DNA from: Lobosporangium transversale
Lineage: Eukaryota
NCBI RefSeq assembly: GCF_002105155.1
Contig: NW_019028981.1
Location: 930,001 to 994,000 of the forward strand
DNA: 64,000 nucleotides
Direction: 5' to 3'
Shown here: positions 1 through 13,328 of the stretch, in pieces
How the letters are laid out: every line of letters begins with the position of its first letter
Position numbering within the stretch: position 1 is the stretch's first letter
Made by a program: the position numbers and the translations under genes
The notes under the pieces: generated by a model
Databases searched by the model: none
What the model was told of the DNA's origin: nothing
The model's input: the letters and a program-made list of their open reading frames with translations, nothing else

Positions 1-2841
1 TTTGGGAAAGACAGTCCAGTCTATTTCGCTTATGGCGTACTTGGCCGAGACACAAAACATCTGGGGCCCATTTTTAGTGATAGCTCCTGCGTCAACATTG
101 CACAACTGGCAGCAAGAGTTTACAAAGTTTACCCCAGATCTGAAAGCTCTCCCGTATTGGGGCAATATCAAGGACAGAAAGACGCTACGCAAGTTTTGGA
201 ACAAGAAACAAGTGTACAACAAAGATGCGCCTTTTCACGTCCTCATAACGTCTTATCAATTGGTTGTCTCGGATGAAAAGTATTTTCAGCGAGTCAAGTG
301 GCAATATATGGTACTGGATGAGGCACAGGCAATCAAAAGTTCATCCAGTGCACGATGGAAAACATTACTGGGCTTCAACTGTCGCAACCGCCTCTTACTC
401 ACAGGAACCCCAATCCAAAATAGTATGCAAGAATTGTGGGCATTACTGCATTTTATCATGCCTAGTCTTTTTGATTCCCATGAGGAGTTTAGTGAATGGT
501 TCTCAAAGGACATCGAGTCCCATGCTGAAAACAAGGGTACGTTAAATGAGCACCAACTGAAACGTCTTCACATGATCCTTAAGCCATTTATGTTGCGTCG
601 TATCAAGAAAAATGTGCAGAACGAGCTGGGCGATAAGGTTTGTCAAATTAGTGGATTAATTACAGAACAATCGTCGATACTTGTAAACATTAGCTTAAGA
701 ATTCATTCATTAACGCCTTCTTTTTTTTTTTTTTTTTTTTTTTATGGTACAAATAGATCGAGTTGGAAGTGAGCTGCGAATTGACAGCGAGACAAAGGGC
801 GCTTTATCGTGGGCTCAAAGAAAAGATTTCTATTTCAGAGCTCTTAGAAAAGGCGTCGTCTCTGGATGATAGCGATTCTGTCGACAGTTTGATGAACCTT
901 GTTATGCAGTTCCGTAAAGTTTGTAACCACCCTGAGTTATTTGAGCGTGCCGACGTAGTATCACCTTTGGCATTATGTGCCTTTAGTCAAACGCCATCAA
1001 TCGCACGAGAAGGAGACGATCTGTTTGTGGCATACACAACGCGTAGCAGGATAAATTATTCTATTCCTAAGCGCTTTTACCGCGAGGGCGGGCTTTTGCG
1101 AGTTCCTTCGGAGCAATCGAATGCAGGAACCGACACCAAATATCTGGATCATCTTTTGAATATCTGGACACCTGATCATGTTGCACAATCCATGTTTGAA
1201 GAAGAAGGCACGTTCTCTTTCTTGCGATTCACTGATTATTCACCTTCTCAGGTCACTAAGATATCCCGCAGCCACCTACTGGATCGGTTTGCTCTCCATC
1301 TAGAGCTGGAAGACTCACGATCAAGACGTGGGTATGGTCTTGACAGTGTCTGGGACGGCGATGATGTGGCATCAGCAAATTATCCGGGGAATACTTTTGC
1401 AAAGTTTGTGATTTCCGAGTCAGTGGATCCATTTTCACAGAACAATCGATCTAGTTTGAACCATATGAAGCAGCTTGGTCATACCCTCTACAAATCCGAA
1501 CTGGGCGAGTATTTGCCAATGATGGAGGCAGCCTATAGACCCAAGGCGGTGGCCCCTCCAATCGAGATGATCTGTTCTGATCGTACTTTTCTTGTTGACC
1601 AATATGAGCAAATGTTTGATACCAGAATACGACGACTACTGCTTGGTGTTCCAGAATTTAGAACAGAGGCTGTGCATCAAGAATATGTTGCTCCAATAAT
1701 GGATTTATGGCAGGTGAATCAGGGTCGTGGATTGCTAGGTGAGCCATCACTCAGCTCCCAGGGCTATTCGACCATCGAAGTACCTCAGATGAAACAACTG
1801 ATTATGGATTCTGGAAAGCTGGCGGTCTTGGACAAATTGCTTGTGGAGCTCAAGGCCGGTGGTCATCGCGTACTTGTGTATTTCCAGATGACTAAAATGA
1901 TTGATCTGATGGAAGAATATCTTACTTATCGACAGTACAAATACTTGCGTCTTGATGGATCTTCCAAGATTTCTGATCGTCGCGATATGGTGACAGACTG
2001 GCAGACACGACCAGAGATATTCATCTTTTTGCTTAGTACTCGTGCGGGTGGTCTAGGAATCAATTTAACAGCGGCGGACACCGTTATTTTCTATGACAGC
2101 GATTGGAATCCTACAGTGGATCAGCAGGCTATGGACCGTGCCCATCGTTTGGGCCAGACACGTCAAGTCACTGTGTATAGGCTCATCACTCGAGGAACAA
2201 TCGAGGAAAGAATTTTGCAGCGAGCCAAACAGAAAGACGAAATACAAAAGGTCGTCATCTCTGGCGGAGAATTTAAACAGAGTGTCGAGTTCAAGCCACG
2301 CGAAATTGTTTCATTATTGTTAGACGACGACGAATTAGCGACTAAACTGCAGGAACAGCAGTTGAAGCGCAAGGTCGAGGAAGAAGAAGCCAAGAGTTCA
2401 CGCAAAGGCACATCCAAGGCAGACAGTGGCCGGCCATCGAAGAAACCTAGGAAGGATGGTAAAGACAACAAGGACACTGCAGCTTCTACGCCTACTGCCT
2501 CTACAAGTGGTTTGGCGACAAAAGGAAGAACCTTGGATGAGATGTGGGCTGAGATGGATGCACAGGCGGCGGGTGAAGGAGCTGGTGCTGGTGGCGAAAG
2601 TAATTCAGGGGCAGGAGTAAGTCCTGTCACGAAAGGCAAGCGAGGCCGCACTCCTAAAGAAAAGCCACCCAAGGAACCAAAACCCAAAAAAGAAAAAGAG
2701 CCAAAAGCTAAGAAACCGCCCAAGATAGGCAAGAAGGCTCAAGCAGCAGCAGCAGCAGCAGCAGCAGAAGGAGGAGGACAGCAAAGAGAGAATGGTGATG
2801 ATGTTGATGTGGACATGGATGCTGATGTGATGGATATGTAA
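1..2841 (+). CDS. INO80: INO80 chromatin-remodelling ATPase (Snf2 family), 5' truncated; exons <1-637, 757-2841
   Basis: GKTVQS Walker A, DEAQ box, split ATPase with a long insertion, HELICc motifs ([24 protein letters not shown]). Phase-0 GT-AG intron 638-756 joins the two ORFs in frame. Confidence 0.95.
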
Positions 2842-3574
2842 TTACAAGGACTGAGAGTGATCGATTGAAGACATTTGTTATTATTATCTTTTTTTTTTAT
2901 TATTTTTATTATTATCTTTTTCCTCTTTGTAGCTTAATGTCTGAAGTAAATGTTTGGGATGCATTAATTAAAATAATCCAATTCAGAAGGATGATACGCC
3001 ATACACTTCGTAGAAAGAAACAGTATTCTCTCATCAATAAAGTACGGTGCAATTTCGTAAAAGACAACCACGCAAATACATTTTAAAAAGATCATTCTAT
3101 CGAACGCACACGCAGTCGAATCATCTTTTACCTGGTCAAGGCTTTAACAAAAAGTCAATGTCGACTATTTAAGAACGCCTAGCTTTAGAAAAAAAAAAAA
3201 ATACATGTAACCACAGAATAAGCAACTCTTTCGAGAAACATGCCACCATGAATTGTACTCTCTATTTTAGAGTTCACATCATTTTTTTCCCGCCATTTTT
3301 TTTTTTTTTTTTTTTTTGAACTAATGTAGACAAGTGCAAGGGTAGAAGAAATGTCAATAAAACACTGCTTTATTCGTGTAGTTGCAAAATAGTAACTTTG
3401 GGGACTTTGATGGCACAATGTTACGAAGCACATAGAGGATCAACTACAATTGTTAAATCTCGATTTTCAGTGTCGAAAACAACTGAGAAACTTTTGAGTG
3501 ACTATGGAAATCCCGACTCAAACTGCTAGACAGACCAGATTGCCTAACTTCAAGTATGGCCATGCCTAAGTTTA

Positions 3575-3580
3575 CACGTG
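3575..3580. promoter_or_regulatory. Possible Pho4-type bHLH E-box (CACGTG) upstream of the phosphate permease
   Basis: Exact CACGTG about 1.9 kb upstream of the PHO84-like ATG. A GCACGTT-type site lies on the minus strand at 4714-4720. Short motifs, so could be chance. Confidence 0.25.
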
Positions 3581-5513
3581 TCGTGTCTATCACAGGGATT
3601 TAGCTGTTTTCTTCATGACGTGAATAGTCTATCTATACATGTATAAACCCTTGTTACAGACAACCCAATGCGTACGAGTATTTGTTTGCGCGTTTGTCAG
3701 CTGAAAAAAAGGTTTTTCTTTCAAGATCTCGAATGTTTAAATCGACGATTTGCACATTGTGACACACAACCAAAAACAAAGGAGCCTCGCAAAGATAGAT
3801 CGACCTTCGTGATTTTTCTAAGTTCTGACTTTAGTTCACAAACATAAGCAGCTATGACCGAAGATGCAAGGGCCATTTTTTTTTTTTTTAAACCCAAGGA
3901 AAAGGAATAACCTTTGGAACACATTTCGCAGTTATTTTGAGCAAATCATCGGCTATGTATCATGGCGCTGGAGCCAATTGACACTCATGCAAGGACCAAC
4001 ATGCTCACATTATTCGACAACAGGAACCGACCCAATGTCACATTATTCATATAAATGTATATGCAACTCATAACAGGACTCGCCTATAGATTCATTTGTA
4101 CCACCCCTCATCGCTTTCTGCCTGTCGAGAAAGTTGTGTATAAGTATATATATATATATATATAATCATGCTTCCATTTCTAATTGGAGTCTCAGTCTTT
4201 TTTCTGATCTTAAGGATAAGAACAACAATAAGTGGGAAAGAAAGAGAAAGAGGGAGACCCGTTTCAATGTACTCGGATCACACTCATGTGTAGTCAACAT
4301 TCATTAAGATTAGAGCTACATTACTTTTATTACTTCTCAGGAGCTGTTTAGAGACTTCCGAAGCAGAATAATATGAGCTCCTTATTTTGATTATAAACTC
4401 TTGAACCTGTTGGGGAGATAACAATGTCGTTGACTGTTTGTTTGGTTCGTAGGGACAAGAAAGGAGTAGACGATGCATGGATTAGAAGTTGATTAAAAAA
4501 AAAAAAAAAAAAAAAAAGAATAAACGTTTATATATTTATATATACATGTACATGTACTATATACTATAGTTCACAGAACATTATTGCGATGCAATATTAG
4601 CATTCATAGTCTGTGCCAGAACAGAAAGACAAAGAGGATAAGAGAAGAGAGAACATTCAGCGTGTCTGTCTTTCTGCTTTCCACAATGCACCATTTAGCA
4701 GCCACAGGTCAGCAACGTGCGCAGATCAGGGGTTACGCGTGGTGCTAATTTAGAAAAATGTGATGTGTTGTGCAACATTCGAGATTCCATGTAAATAACT
4801 AGAGCTCTTTCTCTCTCTTCCATTTTGCTTTTTGTCCATTCAGGACTGGAACAGATAATTCGTTGCTCCTTTCCTTGTTTTCTGGTTCCTTTCGCTTTGT
4901 TTGTTGCCTTGTGTCTAGGCGTGGCGTCAATTGTTCTTTTTCTCTTGTATTCAACCGCCTCCAATCTTTACATAAAGATGCAACCATCCCACTCTCCTTT
5001 CTTTTTCTCTCTCTCTTTTTTTTTTTCTAACTTGGATTCTTTGTCCTGCAAATCCTTGATCACCTCTGATGAAAGGCTACTCGCAGCTTCGATACCTTAT
5101 TTGCTTTTGCATCGCATAATCCTCCCTCAGCTTACACTGTATTCATAATTAGCCCTTCTTTTTACCCTCCGTTTCATATTCTTTCTTTTCATCTTTTTCC
5201 CTTGACCGTTGGCACCAAGGTTCCACTCAATTTGCATTCATTCACTCTTTCGCTCATTTTCTCACTTTCCGTCTCTTCTGTCTGTGCCATCCATCCATCC
5301 ATTTATTTATTTATTTTTTTCCAACCTGTTCACGAATATTTATAGCATTTTTTTTGTCCTTTTCCTCACACAAAAATTCTTTTAATTAATTAAAAAGAGG
5401 GAAGAGATCCTCCTGGTCCTTTTTTGCCCTTTTCTTGTTGTGCCATCACCATTCGCAGCCCAACTATCACACCACTCCTTCAATCTTCGGGTCCGCCACA
5501 CACAGATATCGAG

Positions 5514-7703
5514 ATGAACGAGCTTTCTTCTACCCCATCACCTTACCATTCGTCTCTCCGGCCACCCCCTCGACGTGGAACCTCTGGAGCAACTGATCAC
5601 CATCATCCACACGATGACCCCCGTTCACAATCTTATACACCCTCATACCCTCAACATTCCTATTCTCCAACAACCTCCCCTGCACCTCATCATGCACCCA
5701 CTGGCTTTGGACAAGACTCTGTAGAAGTTGAAGCCGGTCAGACCTCAACAACCTTCTCCCGTGGCAGCGTCTATGACGATCCACGGAAGCGCCGTCTCGA
5801 CACGTTGGCACTGGTCGATAATGCAGAATTTGGATGGTTCCATGTCCGAGCATGCATGGTTGCTGGTGTAGGGTTCTTTACGGATGCATACGATTTGTTT
5901 GCCATCAACTTGGTTTCGCCAATGTTAGGTTATGTATACTTTAGTCACTTGGGCAATTCCGTACCTGCTGATATTGACCTAGGCCTAAAGATCTCTGCTT
6001 CAATCGGAACTTTTTTTGGTCAAATTGGATTCGGTTACCTTGCTGATGTGCTCGGACGAAAGAGAGTATGTGCTTTTGTTTGTCTTGTTGCAAATCATGT
6101 CTTTAGAATATATTAGAGAAGGGATCTTGTTTTTTATTGATCTAAAATAGGGGCCTTCTGTTGTTTTTTGTACTTTGTTTCTTAACCACCATCTTTTCCT
6201 GTCATTTATCTGTCCATGATGGATGATGAAAAAAAAAAAAAAAAATGATTCTTTTAGATGTACGGTGTTGAGTTGCTCATTATTATTGTTGCAACCTTCG
6301 GTCAAGCCGTCTCTGGTGACAGTTATGCGCTGTCACTTCCTGCGAGTATCATTCTTTGGCGGTTCATCCTCGGTGTCGGTGTAGGAGGCGACTATCCCTT
6401 ATCAGCTGTCATCACGTCCGAGTTTGCAACAACTCATCGACGAGGTGCCATGATGGCAGCTGTCTTTGCAATGCAAGGATTCGGCTACTTGACTACAGGT
6501 ATCGTCGCCATTGTCCTTTTGCTCGGTTTCCGATCCTTGATCGAGCTCGACCCTAAGAATTTGGACTATGTCTGGCGATCTCTCATCGGCCTCGGATGTG
6601 TCCCTGCTCTGGTAGCAGTTTACTTCCGCATGACCATCCCAGAGACCCCACGTTTTGTGCTTGATGTCGAAAATAATTTGATCAAAGCAGAAAATGACGT
6701 TGCAACTGTTCTAAAGACAAGAAATGCGCTGCAGAGTGATCGGGATGTGGTTGAGGAACGTCACGCTCAATTCAACATTGTTTACCCCCGAAAAGGCAGT
6801 GGCGGTGGCCGTAATGAATATGCTAATGCCATTGAACTCGGTCATATGAACGACGACCCATCTCCCAGGCTCACGGGAGCACAGTCGTATACTTCTCAAA
6901 CAGCATTGAGAAGGAACAATGGCAGCAAATTTCAGAGCCATCAAAGTAGTTTGCGTGACTTTTGCCGTTACTTCTCTCGCTGGGAAACGTTCAAGGTGTT
7001 GATGGGTACTTCCATGACTTGGTTTGCATTGGATGTAGCGTTTTATGGCATCGGACTCAACAACACTTTTATCCTCTCGACCATCCACTTTGGCGCAGTT
7101 GATGGTAATGCATATTACACCATGTGGAACGCCACGGTCGGACAGGTCATCATTGTTCTATTGGGCGCCATTCCTGGTTATTGGGTCACGGTGTTTACAA
7201 TCGAACGCCTTGGACGGATCAAGATCCAGGTTATTGGCTTCGTCATGTCCTGTGCTCTCTTCTGTACTCTCGGTTTTGCTTACAATGTTATCCATGATAC
7301 GTCTCCTGTGCTCTTTGTGTTTTTGTTCGCGGTTACTCAGTTCTTCCAAAATTTCGGTCCTAATGCTACGACTTTTATCATCCCTGGAGAGTGTTTTCCT
7401 ACTCGGTACCGCTCCACAGGTCATGGTATCTCTGCAGGCATGGGAAAGCTTGGCGCTATCGTTGCCCAAATTGGCTTCTCCAACATGAAAGACCGTGGTG
7501 GCAAAAACCAATTCATCCCACAGCTGCTCCAGATCTTCGCCCTCTTCATGTTCATCGGCTTACTCTTTACGTATTTTGTTCCTGAAACCAAAGGCAAAAC
7601 TCTGGAGGAGCTCTGTGGGGAAGATGATTATGCAGAGAGACAACTCGAGCGAGAGAGACCTTTTAATAATAATCATCTTTACGAGGAGAAGGAGGATGAT
7701 TAA
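5514..7703 (+). CDS. PHO84: MFS inorganic phosphate:H+ symporter (Pho84/PHS family); exons 5514-6065, 6258-7703
   Basis: GVGFFTDAYDLF, GGDYPLSAVITSE, RRGAMMAAVFAMQG, NFGPNATTF and PETKG motifs; intron 6066-6257 (GTATGT...TTTAG). First in-frame ATG is 5514. Confidence 0.93.
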
Positions 7704-7766
7704 AGATTACTCTAGTCTCCTTTTTTTTCTAAAAAAAAATAAATAAATCTGTAATACTAGTAATAA

Positions 7767-7797
<31 letters not shown>

Positions 7798-8051
7798 ACA
7801 GAAAGGTTGGATTCGAAAATGTACAGCGGATATACATGTGTATTCTTTATTGTCATAACGGTCGTTGCGCCTTTTTTTTTTTTTTTTCGTCTTTTTCACC
7901 TGCTACTGATGATGCATTTAATGTCCTCATTATTGATCCTTTCTTTCCTTTCCAGCCCCCTGATCTCATTATATCAGACAGACTGAAGATTTCTAGTGGC
8001 ATATCCAGACCCCTAAATCCCGAGATTGATTGTCTGATGAAAGTATTTTCT

Positions 8052-8490
8052 TTAATGAAGATGGGAATGACTGCCTGGCATCCTTACTCTCCTGTCCTCA
8101 TCCTCTGTTAGATCTTCATCTTCGTCATCGTCTTCGTCATGGAGCTGTGTCAAGCCCAAACTCTCTTCATCAAAAGCATTAAGCATTGTCGATTCGCGTG
8201 ACGTCCTCCGGTCTGCAAAACCAACCCCTCCGTTAGTTATACTGCCGCTCTTGCCGTGTGATTCTACTACTGGGTGTTGAGCATTATTCAGCAGTAGTAC
8301 ACCCGAAAAGATTGTGCCAAACCCACAGAAGAGTGAAACAACATTCACTGTAGATGTCGTGTTAAATCCCTGAAAGAGAATTACAGAGGCTGTGATGGTT
8401 GCTGTCGTGAACATGACATAATAGATGGGCATCACACTGTTTAATAGAACCAAATGTCCAATAGTAATAGCAATGTTAGCTTGCTTATTT

Positions 8491-8525
<35 letters not shown>

Positions 8526-9859
8526 CCATTTCTCATATCTCTCCAGAGAATATTTGAAAATAAACGCGCGATGGGCCACTTACACATTGGTCGAAAAAAT
8601 GTCAAGAGCCTTGTTAAAGTAATTCATCTGGACAACGATGCAGACACCCACCAAAAGAGCAAAGACATAGGTAGAGGGATGCGTCAGCTGATTCGAGCCA
8701 GCAAAAGTCAGCTTGAGCGCAATTCCGAAACCTTTGGATGCCATGACAGTAATTGAGCCGACAAGTGAGCAGATCGAGATATTGACGATGGGTGTTTTGT
8801 TGCCCCACTTTGGTACTACACGATAGATCATAAATGTTGAAAAGCCTAATACAAACAGACTGTACATCATAAATGCTAGATAACGTGTGCCAGTAGGAAT
8901 AGTTATGTTAGTTGCTGATCCAGTTTATTTCTTTGATATATTCAGCACTTGTCAATAGACCATGCTTCAGATCAACTATCCTTGTGAAAGATTTTGCCGT
9001 TCTTGTTTTAATACGGTCCAATCACTACAGTTCGTATTTAATCCTGTTGATTAGAAGTTATGAAGTTATCCATTCAGCCAAAGCCCAAGGTCCAGTCTAG
9101 GCTGTTGTTGTATTTAAAGTTGATGCTTTCACAGTCTGACATATGTCCTCAATTGTGGGCCATTGCTCTCATTGTACGACCTGAACACCCCAATTGTGAT
9201 TGATCATCCTGATTTCACTCTGTTTTCACAAAGACCTTATTGCTGTGTGATTCTGTTGGAGAGATTATTCTTTTTTCCAAAAACTTTGGGCTCCATGACA
9301 ACCTCCTTCCTGTCTTGTGAGCTAGATAAGCGAGAGTATTCATTCTATTCATTCAGTTGAAACGTACCAGGCTGAAGAGCATAGTTGAGAATCTCATCTA
9401 CAGAATTGATATCCTTGTCCTCGGGAGCATGTAGGACAATTACGACAGATCCAATCAGGCACAGTGCACACCCGACCTTGCCAACGATGCCGAGCTTTTC
9501 ATGAAGAAAGAAAGCAGCAAGGACAGCACTATTAGCAACAAAAAAAAAAAAAAAGAAGTCAATTTGTTATTTATTTTTGAATAATCTAACACCTGTATCC
9601 TCTGGCGAGGCACAACCGCTTTATCTCTATTCCGTTCTAATCCCAACGGTCTTGCCATATCTATTTTTTTTTTCTCGTTCGATTCCCAAGTATGCGAGGT
9701 GTTTTTTTTTTTTTTTTTTTTTTTTTCTTTTTTTGTTGTCGAGAGAATATAGAGCTGAAGCAGTGCATACACTTTTATGTTTTTATGTATGTCAATCCTA
9801 TTCCTATTCCTTGCTCTTACTCCTATTTAATCGTCTTTGAGAGAGTGATATGATTCGAG

Positions 9860-9891
<32 letters not shown>

Positions 9892-10438
9892 AGAGGGGAT
9901 GGATGTAGAGAATTACAGCGTGAATTTTTGTCTGTCTGCATGTGCCTTACCCAATAATGACGCTCAATGCGCCCAGCGGAGTGACCAGAATGGCAGGAGC
10001 AAAGGAGTAGGCAGCAAAATTAGCAATCTCACCAGCAGCCACTAAAAGTGATTAAAGATTGAGATGAGATAAAAAAAGGATGTTCAGATGGGAGTCATGT
10101 TAACTTTTGTCGGCTTCATATCCCATCCATGATTGAATTAAGCCAAACTATTTTTTTTTTTTTGATCTGTAAAAATAAAATAAAATAATGGAACAGCAAG
10201 AAAGAGTGAACGTACTGGTGAGCATGCCAAGTAGCCAAATGGGGTTTTTAAGGAAGAGATATTGGTCGGATGAAGAGCCAATACCTCCATGTCTATTGGT
10301 GGAATCAATAAGGCCCTTTTTGGTGATGACGAAGGAGATGCCGATCATGAGAGATGAGGACACAGCCAACAAGAGTCCCACATACTTGTCGTGCTGAGCA
10401 TCAAGCGCGGCAAGCGAGGTATTGTCTTTGCTGGACAT
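8052..10438 (-). CDS. NIPA-family Mg2+ transporter; exons 10438-10216, 10041-9951, 9528-9368, 8875-8584, 8436-8052
   Basis: The spliced frame gives [55 protein letters not shown] and [23 protein letters not shown]. All four introns are GT-AG with consistent phases. Confidence 0.92.
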
Positions 10439-10574
10439 GTGTGAGTGTGGAGATAAGAATGTGGGGTTGGTGTTAAGAAGAAAGCGTAAGGAAGAGATAA
10501 AAGAATAAAAGAGAGAAGAGAAGGATGGAAGGGACGTTAGTTTTTCTTTCTTTCTTTGGGAGTGGATACGAGCG

Positions 10575-10780
10575 ATGCAAGCAAGCAGACAAAGGCAAAG
10601 CGAGCAAAGCAAGTGATAAGTAAAAAGAAAAGAAAAGAAAAGAAAGGAAAGGAAAGGAAAGGAAAGGAATGAAAGGAAAGGAAAAGAAAAGGAAGAAAGG
10701 AAGAAAGGAAAAGAAAGAAAGAAAAGAAAGGAAAGGAGGATGAAGAGAGAGAAAAAAAAAAAAAAAAAAAAAAAAAAAAG
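10575..10780. repeat. Purine-rich microsatellite block ((GCAA/GCAAA)n, (AAAAG)n, (GAAAG)n, poly-A)
   Basis: Tandem units seen directly upstream of the NIPA ATG; source of the spurious Phe/Ser-rich ORFs. Confidence 0.9.
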
Positions 10781-11414
10781 AATGAAGAGAGTGAAGGAAT
10801 GAACAATTAATAAAAAAGTTAAATCTCTTGAAGGTATGAGAGCATAGTAAAATAAAAAAGAAAAGAGAGAAGCTTGTAGAGACAATTGCTGATGAAATAG
10901 ACTACGGACTAAACTATTGATAATACATTTTTAATAACAATAAGAATAATTACAACTATAATAATAATTTTATATACTGAATATGGACAGAAGAGCGTTT
11001 GCATATAAATCAGAAAGACATGCATCCATTCGTCGATCCATTCAAATGGAGTTGTATACATGGGTTCATCAAGGATCTGTGCCTGTGTTGTTGTTGTTGT
11101 CCTAATAATAGTTTTTCTTTTTCTTCTTCTTCTTCTTCTTCATCAAAACATTGATCTACAAAACATACTTGTTTTACATGTCACAAATAGCCTGTGGCCT
11201 TTCCTATCTTTGCATAAAAATGTCTTTTCCTCAGCCGACAGGGCCAATGGTCCCCCTTCCTCTTTGCAGTTGCCACAAGTTCACAAGTCTGTGTCTAATT
11301 TGATCGTCATTAATGAAAAAATGTTTGTGGGTCCCTGAACAATCCCCCAGGTTCACGCCATATTTGTTTCAACATGTATACATACCTGTATATATTATTT
11401 TATACATGTATTAT

Positions 11415-11468
11415 TATATATATTAGTAATTATATATATATATATATATAGATATATATATTATATAA
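11415..11468. repeat. (TA)n-rich microsatellite
   Basis: Interrupted TATATA run seen directly. Confidence 0.8.
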
Positions 11469-13328
11469 ATATGAACTTTTTAAAATGTGTACAACGTTGA
11501 TCATGGTGATTGAGTCAAAGGAGGCTCACAAAGCTGTGGTCAGTCTGTGCACATGGACCTGGGTCATTTTATGCCTAGATTAATTCATTGGCGGAGTAGA
11601 CACTTAAGCTTTGGGTATATCTATTAAACGTTTCTTCTTTTTCTTCTTTGCAAAGTGCCTGTGAGGAGCACAATGTGAAGTCTAATAAGCATCTTGCTCT
11701 TCTGGACTCGAAATTCATTGGCCTTGACCTTGGCCGTGTCCAGTATCCCACAGAACAACCTATTCATACTCGGCACTCGAACCATATGAAGCCATAATAA
11801 AAGTCAGTCAGGAAATCATGTGCCAGCAACCAGACATCGAAGGCTTGAATACTCTGTGGTGCCTCTCATTCACTTGAATATCTGATATTGGAGGCTACAA
11901 TCGCTTTCCCTACCATTGATGTCGATATTAAATTAGTCAACTCATCCAGTCGACCTGGCCAATTCCCGCAGATGATCTCAGGCTCACAGTTATGGACAAG
12001 ATCGTTATATACCCGTATGACTGGATGCATCTTGGAATGTAATCTCATCAGCCTCACCATCGCCACCATCGCTAGCACGCGAACACTGTCATTGATGCCG
12101 TTGCTGACTAGCTCTTGTCCTTGGGATGGCTCATTGTCGGGCCTAATGGAAATACTACTATCACCATTGTCACTGCACCGTCCTCATCACTATACCTGCA
12201 CCCTTGACCTCACTAAGACGCGGAGCCGAGTACGCCCTAATAGTGCGTACTACTTTGTGACCAATGATCACCTATCAAAGCCGGCAAAGGAAGCCGAATG
12301 TGGAATATGTGTCTAGGATCTGATTCTCATCTGGAACTTATCAATTCTGCAAATATACCTGTCCTTCATGTCGGTCGTTAGCACATTGTATCCCATAGGA
12401 GACGTCTCTCTAGAGCCGTCCCACCGCCGATGCGATAACGAGCTTCAAAACCTGCCTTCAAATCAGGCTGTGATATGTATTTAGCCGTAATTGCATATGG
12501 TGTTTGTCACCTTGTTGATCTCAGTGGCAGTGGCGTGTAACAACTTCAAAGCTGTAGGTGACCGCGATTTTTTTTTTTTTTTTTTTTTTTTTTTGGATTC
12601 TTTTCCACTCTGACCTTTACGGCGTCATCCCGTGATCTTTGGCGTAAGATAATCCAAAGACTTGTCCAAATAAAGATGGGTCTTATATCAGAGAATACTG
12701 CCGCAGGCCATCCCAGTCGCTAGACAGATCCATGGAGCTGAGGAGCTGGCCTGTCACAAAGCACCAATTTCTATCTTTCCTTGATCCTCTTAGTTCGACT
12801 CACTCAAATACACACACCCGCCAAGCCAATTACAGTGTCAGAGATTAGGTTCAGCCAGTTGACTGGTTCTCTGTCATGCCTAATACATTCAGTAGGCAAA
12901 GTTTTATTAATGTGTTCATGTACGTGATAGCACACGAGGTGCAATGTCAGAGACTGTGGCTGTGATGCTGTGTTACTGGTTGATTGGATTGCCAGGTGAA
13001 CGTATAAAAAAACACTTGAACAAAGTTGGGACGTAATGTCATCCAAAGTTTATTTTTGAAATCTACGCTTTATCTTTGGCTTATCTTCTTACTCTTTAAA
13101 ATTGCATCTAACATCATTTATCATCATCGTCATCTCTTTCTCATTCATCACATTCTATTCATTCCATTCATCCATTCATCCATTCATCCATTCATCGATC
13201 CGTTGTCCTCTCTCACCATCAGATCTACTGCTGGACAGTGCCTGAAAAAAGAAAAAAGATTTTCTAAAAAAAATTTTCAATTGTTCAATTGTTCAATTGT
13301 TTAGAGCATTCCTTCGGTGTAGATCTTC

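Noticed and set aside
10439..10885. Phe/Ser-rich N-terminal extension of the NIPA ORF and other poly-F/poly-K ORFs
   Set aside because: Translations of microsatellites and homopolymers.
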